This document shows, in pieces, positions 12,881 through 22,420 of a DNA stretch of 64,000 nt. Numbering within the stretch: the stretch's first letter is position 1; every line of letters begins with the position of its first letter. The notes under the pieces are model-generated. The model did not search any database and had not been told where the DNA came from. It saw only the letters and a program-made list of their open reading frames with translations. Source of the DNA: Podarcis bocagei (taxonomy: Eukaryota); assembly GCA_964188305.1 (NCBI GenBank), contig OZ076889.1; one strand, 5' to 3'. The translations under genes were made by a program, and so were the position numbers.

Positions 12881-13524
12881 CTGATACATGAATTACTAGT
12901 TTTGCTAATAATATTTGCATATATTTGTTTATTAATTCTGCCTATAGTGCACTTCTGAGATTTAGCTCTAGGCAGAAGGTTGGACATTGATAGGCTTCTG
13001 GTCCTTTCAGAATATTGGGTTTGGGGCATGTACCCATGTAGTAAGGTGTTAAGTTTTGTTAGAGCCCATTATTTGCCAGAATTACTTCTAGGTATGTGCC
13101 AGATTGCTTAACACGGCCTGGAAGTAATTTTTGCAGCGTAATCTTGGAAGAATTTGGTCCCTAATCAGAGTCAACCTTCCTGTGATTTGCGTATAGTAAA
13201 ATGCAGCTGTGAGTGAAAGAATTTCCTTAAAAGTGAGCTGTCATTACAAAAATAACCTAGAATCCACATAAAGGAAAGGACAGCTGAAAAGCGTAAATAC
13301 TTTGCATAGCTGTGAACAATCAAATACTAAAGGAAGAACTCTACTCAACCTGCAGCTGTGACTGAAAAATGCCAAGAGGATGTTGGGTCACATAAAGGAA
13401 GGGAAACCCATATGGAAAATATCCTAATGCTCCTGGACAATTTGATGGTTCCCTCTTATCTGGGTAATGTCTGCATCGCTGCTCACTTTATCCTTCAAAG
13501 GAAATTACTCAGTCGGAGCTTGAG

Positions 13525-13690
13525 AAGGTGATTTCACAACCTCCTTGGGCAGCCTGTTCCATCGCTGTAGTGATCTGACAGTTAGGAAAACCTTTCCTAA
13601 TGGATGACTTAAATCTAAATGCTTTTAATTGAAATCCTTTGGTCTGTGTCTTATTCCTAAAAGACATGGTGAAGAAAAGTTCTCTCCATC
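13525..13690 (-). mobile_element. CR1 LINE ORF2 3' fragment
   Basis: Reverse complement resembles the CR1 RF.L.IRK.F.TV....WNRLP.EVV segment (cacaacctccttgggcagcctgttcc). Confidence 0.6.
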
Positions 13691-14532
13691 TTGGGAGTTG
13701 AGGATGGAGGTGGAAACCCACCAGGAATGCCTTTCTGTGCAACCTTCACTGAAATGAGTTGAAGTTGCACAGCAGTACAGTATTTGTGTGTAATGCCCAT
13801 TGATTCCAGAGCCGCTGGCTCAGAACCCAAAGTGGATCATGCTCTGCATGTGAATCTTTAGATATGGTTACAGGAAATCTAGGACAGCATAAAAATGGCT
13901 GATGGTATGCATTTAGTAGATTATTGTTTTACAATAAACCTTGAAGAGTGGCAGACAAAAATCTGCCCTTTGATCAGGTTTAAATACAACAGAGGATGAG
14001 CTCACTTCTCTAGGGTGACCATAGTGTGGAATTTAAAGCCAGTTTGGACATTTCTGTGAGTGAAAAAGAAAGCAGTTCAGGGCTTGAGCAATTAACAGGA
14101 AATTAAAAAACTAGTTCCAGGGAAGTTTCTAGTGCCTGATTGGAAACTGTAGAAAAAAGACAGGTTTTTCTGATACTTGTTGCTGCAAGAGTCTGGCACT
14201 TTTGTTTGAATGCTTTGCAATTGGACCATGGACTTCAGTTCAGCCCAGATGTGGTGGCACTCTCCTTGCAGAATTTTATGAGACCTAAATGTATCTCAAA
14301 TCAGTGTTCTGAGCAGGCTTAAGGAAAATGGTAATGGTTTAAATAATATGCTCATAATAGCCCTTACACACATTCTTACAGTGTCTGGTAGGATCCTTGA
14401 TCATCGTGGCATAGAATGTAAGCACAAGTTCTTCAGTAGCAAAACCCATGAAGAAATGTAGTAGCTGTGCAGGACAAGTCGGAGTCTTTTTTGTGGTGGC
14501 ACCCTATTTGTGGAGTTTTCACTTATTAACAG

Positions 14533-14882
14533 CAGAGGTGGCAAACCTTCATAAAGACAAAGGGCTGCATTCCCGTCTGTGAAAGCTTCTTGAGGGCCAC
14601 ATGCCAGTGGCATATGAGGCTGGAGGCAAATGTGGGCCAAGCAGCAAATGTAAATGTTGTCTTTATACCATAAACTAGTTTCTACACACACTGACACACC
14701 CACCCTGCTATTCTCTGTCAAGACAAGCAAGAGGCATTCTCAGAGTTCAAGGACACATTCCAGCCAGGCAAAGGGTATGAAGCAGGGCCTGTGATGGGTG
14801 TTGCCTGGGGAGAGTCCTGAGGTTCGGCCAGAGAGGCCTAGAGGGTTTCATTTGGCCCCAGGCCTGAGGTTCCCCACCCACA
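14533..14882. mobile_element. hAT-type MITE
   Basis: Termini cagaggtggcaaacct / aggttccccaccca resemble the CAGGGGTGGGGAACCT TIR class; ggcc-rich interior. Confidence 0.6.
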
Positions 14883-16670
14883 GCTATGTTAGGCACCTAC
14901 ACTGTGACCATGTGAACAGCGTGTACCTGTGAGGTGTACCTGTTTACTCAAACTTTTTAGGTTTTAAACAACTGACTGATTTAGCTCTCTTCTCCTTTTT
15001 AGTTGTCTTTGTTGGTGTTAGAACATATTTTTTGTTTTACTGCTTTTTAAAAATAAAAGAGGGCTTGGAAGTGTGCCAGGCGTGAATATTCTTACCTGTA
15101 TTGGTTCATTGTCTTACTCTGGCAATCAGGAAGTTGTTTACTAGTCTGCTCCCTGCCAGTCTCATTGGTGGTTCAGGGAGAAAGTCCCACCTACTTGCCC
15201 CTCTGCAAACTTGCGCACTTCTTCCAGTCACGTGGCCTTGATTCATATATTGGTGTGTTGCCCTTTTATTTATTTTTCTCTTTCTGCACAGTTCATGCAT
15301 TTACTGGTTGTTTATAGCGAGGACAAAGGCTCAGAGTCCCTAAATCAAAAGTGATGCTGGCATAATTATAAGCACAAGCTGGCGTTGCAAAGAGGGCTGC
15401 AGGGAGAGGTTGTCAGAAGACGGGAGAATCCAAGATATATTAACCTCAAAAATTCCAGCTAATCACTTCTTCAATGTGAGCAATCCATTTTTTGAGATAT
15501 GATTATTTGGGGACTTTAGTAATAATAAATAATTCTAATAGATTACAAAGAGGAAGGGCCTGACACTACATGCTTTTCAAGAATCCTTCCATTGCACTTG
15601 CTTAATAATGAACTTTCTCCGGTGTTGCAGTGGGGTGCCAAGGTAAGCACTTTATTGCCTAGTGGAAAACAGCAGGTTGTGATTGTCCACCTTTAATCTA
15701 ACGTGGCTCCTGAAGGCTTTCAATCTGCCATAAGTCCCAGCATGCAGTGTTGCCATTTTGAGCTGAGATGTGTTGCAAGATACAGAATGGTCGTTTCAGA
15801 TATGTAGCCTGCAGATTCCATCTAGGTGGCTAATGGCCACCAGCATTTTTCGGTAGCATCTTTGTCAAACTGATTCAGCCCTGTGCCTCATCCCAATGTT
15901 TTGTTTCCAGCACTATCCAGTCAAAGAGCAATGCTAAACAGCTGGATTATTGCATTAATATGCCCCCATTAAAGATCCATGCAAGACTTGTCTGGGAAGG
16001 AAATGGAGAAGTGTGCGTAGGAACAAAACTGCACATGCTACTAATATCAACTTCATACTTGGTTTTACATCAGCCTTCAGTACATGTACCAACATGTGAC
16101 TATTGACATCCCCAGTTTTGCTCATAAATTGATACAAGCATCCTTTTGAAGCAGAAAGGGTTAATTGACAGAGTTGGGAATGAAGCTGTATCTCTTTTTA
16201 TCCAGTGTAGGGGGATCTCTGCTGAAGGGATGATGCAGAATGTGGACTCTTAATGCAGGGAAACGTCCTTCCTGCACATTATTAGGGCAATAACTTGAGA
16301 CTCCTGGATTAGAGGAACTTTAGTGAGCTCTGTCACAGGACTGTCATGTCAGAAAGGCACTTCTGTTAGAGGTGTTGGGTTACCCAGATCTCTTTGTGGG
16401 CAAATAGAGCTGAATCACACTCCTGAACCTGGTCTCTGAACCAAGCAGAAAAGAGCATAGAACATCAACAGTTTTAGTCACAGGTCCTGCTTGAGGGAAA
16501 CACCACACATAGCCAGGGGAATAGGTCCCTGTGGTAGCCAAAACCAGCACCGTTTATCAGAGTCCTGTATTTTGTAGCCTTAGAGTTCTGTCAAACTTGA
16601 TTGCACCAAAAATCTTGCAGGATTTAAGAATGCCTGCTCTTCTTAGCTGCCTGTGCTTTTGGCTGCCGAG

Positions 16671-17060
16671 GTGAGTGGAGCATTGGGCCTTCCCCTGTCG
16701 TTGAGACAGCCAGGCTAACGGAGCCTACCTAACAGATTATCAGCGCCCTGTGAGTAATAGACTCCTCATTTAGTTTTAATACATTTTGCATAGAGAGCAA
16801 TCAACCTTCATCAGTCTTAAAGATGAATTGGCTTAGCCAGCTAAATTTTAAAGATATTAGTTCGACAGCAGCCGCATAAATCATAACGTTTTCTTAATGA
16901 CGGTAAAATTAAAATATACTCTTGCTTGAAGAAGCCAATGGAGCTTTCATGTTCACAGGCCAAATCCTCCCCCAAAATTAAAGGAAAGCTTAATTGATGT
17001 TCTCTAAAGCCGAGTAAACTCAAAACAGTCCCGCTTCTCCTGAGTTGGCCTCGTATTTCT
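16671..17060. promoter_or_regulatory. Candidate conserved non-coding element in DMAP1 intron
   Basis: PBX-HOX-type site cataaatca (16875-16883), multiple TAAT, CpGs retained; conservation not verified. Confidence 0.45.
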
Positions 17061-17647
17061 TCTGCGGTCTATTGGTAGATCTAAATCCATCCAGACTGCT
17101 TCTGTCCCTTCCTATTCTTGAAGCTGCCAATATATCAGGCCAAAACATAGCAAGGCAATAATCCTGGCTGTTTAAAGACTCTGGGTCCAGCTGTCAGCCC
17201 TTCCTCGCTTGTCATTGATGGAGCTCTGATTGACACATGAAGGAGATCCTCCTTATTTCCTTCTGCTAGTATATAGAAGACAGCATATCTGGAGCTGCGA
17301 TTAGCAGGGAGGAGTGAGCTAGAAACCTAACAAAGCTCTTTCAGATAGGAAAGGTGCTTATTCTGAATGGAAAGCATCACATGGCTTCCCCCCAGAACTC
17401 AGCCATACAAGTGTTGTTCTACTGGCTAGAAAACCTATATAGCGGGGCGGTAGATTTTCTAAGGATACATGAAGAGCCTCAAAACAGGATGTGATGAAAT
17501 AGCGTTTCCTTGTGAAGAGATGCTGTTCTCTTAAGCAGGGTACCATGTGTTAAGAATCTGATCTTCCATGTTTTATTGTTGACCCTTGTTGGCACCTTCA
17601 GAATCCCATTAGACATCTCATTCTGGCTACTTCCACACACTCTAAGG

Positions 17648-17771
17648 CAGGGTTTCCCAAACTTGTTGTTGGACTACAACTCCCGTCATCCCTAGCTAGC
17701 AGGACCAGTGGTCAGGGGTGATGGGAATTGTAGTCCAAAAGCAGCTTGAGGCCCAAGTTTAGGAAACCCTG
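17648..17771. mobile_element. hAT-type palindromic MITE with perfect 8-bp TSD
   Basis: TIR cagggtttcccaaactt / aagtttaggaaaccctg; internal ggactacaactccc...gggaattgtagtcc; TSD ctctaagg at 17640-17647 and 17772-17779. Confidence 0.9.
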
Positions 17772-19343
17772 CTCTAAGGGAACCTCTGCCTGCCCTTTGC
17801 AGATTTGGGAATTCTTCACAATCCCCGTTTCTGGCCTGAAGTTCTGAGAACCTACTGCAAAGGGATGGGCACTATGGGGAGTAGTAATGACTAAGAGAAG
17901 GCAAAAATTATTGTTTCCTCATGAGAATTCTGATAGTGCCTACCTGAAACCAGGCCTCTGATTGGCTTACCTTGGCAGCCAGTAGAAATCTGTTTCCCTC
18001 TCACCACTGCAATTGATCCCTTCACTTGTAGGTGAGGCTGATTTATGTGATTATCTGTGCTGCATCTTTCCTGATTTTAGGCTGATTGTTTTTCACAAGA
18101 TGGTTGTAACCATGCTGTGATTGTCCATGAGGTTGGCAGCCTTGGTGGTGTGTCCCAGCAGTATTTGTCAATGCAGAGAGACGCTTTACATGATATAATC
18201 CTCCTGTGAATTGGTAATGCGAATCTGCTCTAAATTATCTAACTGGTCAGAGGCTGGAAGCAACTGGGAAGTTTTTCCAGTTTCCTGCTCCCAGTATCTT
18301 CATGACTTGGAAGTGGCCCTTTGAGAGAGGCTGATACCTATATTTCCTATTGAAAAATCAAGGAGCACCGACCTGATACTAGAAACTGAGCAGTGGTGCA
18401 GGGATCAACTTTCTGCTTGTGTCAGAAAAGGACAAAGGGCAGAAATGGAAAGAGGCAGGTATCCAAAGTTGATGCCCTTCCAGGTAGTCCTTGTTATACT
18501 TGAGTTTTTGGAAGCCCAAAGGGTGTGTTTGAAGGCCATAAGCTTGGCTAGTTTCCCCTGCATGCTCAAGTCCCCTTTTCCCACTTGAAATTGTGCTTGA
18601 GTTCTTTGTACTTTTCCTTAGCTGCTTGTTCTGAGTTGCTCCTGCCTGTAGGGTTGTAGTGAGGGTGGTTTGGGTTTTTTTTTTAGCTAAGTGTGATCTC
18701 ATGCCCAGCTTGGGTTCCCTGCCCCTGCCTAATACTTCCCTGCTCCCCATACCCCCCTCAGCTGCACTGTGAATGTGTGTTCACACTTCTGCCAATTGAG
18801 TTAGTGTGTGTGCTCTTTGTGCCTCTTTGCGTCTTTTGTTAGAAAACTGGCTCTGTAAATGAATCCCACGGCTCTGGGCTCGGCAGGTAAAGGGAGAAGG
18901 AAGTCTGTTAGTGCACGAGTCTAATCAGGCTGGCAAGAGCAAGTAAAGTAGGGCAGCATCGCACATTAGCTGCTGTGTAATTGAGCTCTTTGATGGGCAG
19001 GGCACTGCGGGAGAGGGTTCGAAGCGGAGCAGAACTTTTGTTGTTAATTCAGTTGCACATGGAAGCTGTAAAGCTGTGCATCTCCGCATCTTGGCACCGG
19101 GAGGAACTGAAAAGCCCTTGCGACCAGGCTTTTCAGTCCCTGCCCTTGGCCCTCGTCTGCAAACTTTCAGGCCTTCTTTCTGCCTCCCTCTCCCAGCACT
19201 TGATTTCCCTTTTCTCTCTTTCTTTCTTTGGCTCGCTTTTTTCCCCGTGCACTATAAAAAGCAAAGCTCCCTTGCCGTTTGAACTAGGCGGCTGTGAGTG
19301 AGGGCTAGCTCAGAGCTGTGTGGCTGTTACCTTTGTATTCCAG

Positions 19344-19416
19344 ATGAAACTGCCGAGCTCCGTGGGACAGAAGAAGATTAAAGCCTTGGAGCAGATGCTG
19401 ATGGAACTCGGAGTAG
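19344..19416 (+). CDS. DMAP1: DMAP1 internal coding exon (73 nt, phase 0/1)
   Basis: gtattccag|ATG ... GTAG|gtgagt; MKLPSSVGQKKIKALEQMLMELGV+G. Confidence 0.96.
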
Positions 19417-20058
19417 GTGAGTAAAGAGGGCAGGTAGAGAGAGAGAGAGACCCATGGAGCAAAGCCTTTGTAGTCGAGAGGGGCTATTTTTTCCCCCAAG
19501 TAATACAGCCAGTTCCTTGAATAACACTATGTGAATGGGTTTGAAAATAAGATCTTATGTGTTTTGTTAAAAAAAAAGAAGCAGCAGCAGAGGGGTAAAA
19601 GCCAGAAGATGATGCACAAGAATATCCCCCCTCAAAAAATTCCTCCCAGTCGAAAAGTATTTGAACAGAGTCTTTTGTCTCTTTCTCTCTTGTTTGGGTT
19701 CTTTAAGCCATCGAGAGTGACAGCCCAGTATTAAGGAGGCAAATCTCTTCGTGCAGGGAGAGGTACTGTGAAAGGGGTTAGTGGCCATTGTCTGTGAGAC
19801 TCTGCCTGGCTTTTGTGCTTCCTTGTTGCTCCTCTTCTGGATGGGTCCCACGCGACCTGTGTGGGGATATGCCTGGCCTGCACTTTTTGGCTAAGGGGCA
19901 AAATACAACCCCCCTCTAGCCTCTCCTGGGTAGGGGAGGCAGTGGACTCCCTGGATTCAGTGAGAACAGTAATGCTTGGCTTCAGTGGCTTGCTCAGGTT
20001 GTGTACTAATGGGGTTGCACAACTGATGCCTTCCCTTGAAGAGGAGCTTCTTCTAGAC

Positions 20059-20189
20059 CATCCCAACCTTGGGTCTCCAGCTGATTTGGGACTACAACGC
20101 CCATCATCCCTAGCTAGCAAGCCCAATGGTCAGGGACGATGGGAACTGTAGTCCAAAAACAGCTGGAGACCCAAGGTTGCAAAATACTG
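20059..20189. mobile_element. hAT-type palindromic MITE, same family as 17648-17771
   Basis: caaccttgggtctccagctg...ggactacaac...tgtagtcc...cagctggagacccaaggttg; TSD ttctagac / atctagac (7 of 8). Confidence 0.85.
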
Positions 20190-20433
20190 ATCTAGACTGT
20201 CCTCACATCCCTGGCTTGGCACAGCAGTGAAGGCTTGGCTGGCAGTGAGTCTGATGCAGGCAAAACTTCCCAGTTGTGCTACATCTGGGACAATAAAGGA
20301 CTTCGACTTTTTAATGTTTTCTGCTTTAGCCAGTATGGACTGAACGAAGACCTACAGAGGAGCATTGGAGCAGTCTGCAGCTGGCAAGTGACAGAGTTCC
20401 CTTGCTTAACTTTCTTCCTTTCGCCTCCTCCAG

Positions 20434-20717
20434 ACCTGAGTCCAATGCCGACAGAGGAGATTGTCCAGATGTTCAACGAGTTGCGCAGTGATCTGGTGCT
20501 GCTATATGAGCTCAAGCAAGCATTCGCAAACTGTGAATATGAGCTGCAGATGTTGCGGCATCGCTATGAGGCATTGGCCAAAGCGGGTAGCACAGGGCCC
20601 AGCACAGATGGTGGCTCACATGCTGATGGACAGTCAGGCTTGTGCACTGAAGAGAGCAAGGGTGACGCAAAGGAGCAGATCATTGATGTGGTGGGGGCTC
20701 CCCTCACACCCAATTCG
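20434..20717 (+). CDS. DMAP1: DMAP1 penultimate coding exon (284 nt, phase 1/0)
   Basis: cctcctccag|AC ... TCG|gtgagt; (D)LSPMPTEEIVQMFNELRSDLVLLYELKQAFANCEYELQMLRHRYEALAKAG...EQIIDVVGAPLTPNS. Confidence 0.97.
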
Positions 20718-20796
20718 GTGAGTAGATATTGATGTTGGCATGCCCTTGCACCCCTTTAGGCCTGCTTGAAACACTATCACTGCAAAGGTCACTCGG

Positions 20797-21080
20797 GAAT
20801 CATAGAATTGTAGAGTTGGAAGGGACCCCAAGGGCCATCTAGTCCTAACCCCTGCAATGAAGGACTCTGAACTAAAGCATGCATAGCAGATGGCCATCCA
20901 ATCTCTGCTTTAAAACCTCAGAGAGTCCATCACATCTTGTGGGGGTCTGTTCCACGGTCGAACAGCTCTTACTGTCAGAAAGTTCTTCCTGATGCTTAGT
21001 CAGAATATCCTTTCCTGCAACTTGAAGCCATTGGTTTAAGTGCTACCCTTCAGAGCAGGAGAAAACAAGCTTGCTCCATC
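20797..21080 (-). mobile_element. CR1 LINE 3' end with characteristic tail
   Basis: gaatcatagaattgtagagttggaagggacc = reverse complement of the CR1 3' tail; aaagttcttcctgatg = IRKNF on the minus strand. Confidence 0.8.
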
Positions 21081-22224
21081 TCCTCTCAGTAAAGGAGATC
21101 CTCTGTCTTTCCGCTCCATGGTTCTATGCCCAAGAAAGTTTTTTCCCAGTGGAGTAAATGGGATTACTCCAATGACTTGTGCTTAACATGATATGATCAG
21201 GTCATTAGTCAGCTGGCCACCAAACCCTTCTTGCTTCCTTGCATAATTGCTGTCCCAGTATGTTGGCACAGCAGTGTGTCAGGTGTTTTTTAAAAAAAAA
21301 TTACTTCTTTTTTTGAAATTCAAGTAACTTTCTCTGTAAGCTCTAAAGGTGACATGGAGTTTTGAGTAATCGCTCATTCTTAGAGGCTTCTCCTACTGAA
21401 TGGGCTTCACCATACTATTGAGCCCCACATCTCTGTCATAAATTCTCACCTGCTTTGGGGGGCGGGGTCAGCAAGCCTCAGCAGCAGGCCAGTTCAGAAT
21501 CCGTTTCTTCCTCTAGAGAGTTTTCACTGACTTGCGTCTGTTTGCAAAACATTGCACTTATGTTTCCCTAGTGCTGCTCTTTTCCAACTCCATGCTTGGA
21601 ATAGGAACAAAAAGAACGAAGGCAGCACCAGGAGGGTTAATGTGACCTGGGCTCTGACATATTTGAAAGAAATATAATCAAGTTAATTCACTGCAAGGCA
21701 AATTTGGTACCTAAAGGGCCCCCCTGTTAAATACAGCTCTGACCTTTACCGGCTGGTTACACAAAGACGACACAATTAGATTAGTCCAAGACAAAAGGTC
21801 AAGCGCATTCACACTGTGACCACTTTATGCTGTCTTTGGAGGGGAAAGAAATTCCACCCAGCAGGAGGGGGGCATCTCAGGGAGGTTCACTGTTGCTGCC
21901 AAGATGGAGGGGAGGGGCATAAGTATGTGGGGGAGTGGTGTCATTGGGGTGTGTGTGGAATGACTTCTGCCAATCAGAGAAGCTGTCCCACTTTCGGTGG
22001 AGTGTGTGTCTCTCTCCCTGCCTTTCAGGGAGCTGATCCTGCTGCTGTGGGAGTTATTTGGTCATAGAACCATAGAACCATTCTGCTCCATGACTAAAGC
22101 ATCCAGAGTATTTTTCCTACTGCCTGTCTCTATGTATATGACACCACCTGAGTGAACAAGTGGACATTGGCTTAAACAGGTGGTCAGTGAGCAATAATTT
22201 TCTGCAATTCTCAGACGTGGGAGC

Positions 22225-22420
22225 CATTGTTGTGGCTAGATTATTGGGGTTGAACATGGGAAGCCTGGGTTCAAATCACTATTTGGCTATGAAGCTCAGT
22301 GAGTGACTTGGGCAAGGCAGCACCTCTCAGGCTGGTCTACCACATAGAATTGTTGCTAGGCTAAATTGTCATTCTGAGCTCCTGTGTGGAAAAGTGTAAC
22401 AAATAAAACACTCTATAAAT
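22225..22420 (+). mobile_element. tRNA-derived MIR-like SINE
   Basis: B-box ctgggttcaaatc followed by core-like ggctatgaagctcagtgagtgacttgggcaag. Confidence 0.6.

Noticed and set aside
20235-20433. N-terminal extension of the 165-aa ORF upstream of the DMAP1 exon
   Set aside because: Intronic in-frame sequence; DMAP1 homology begins only after the acceptor at 20433
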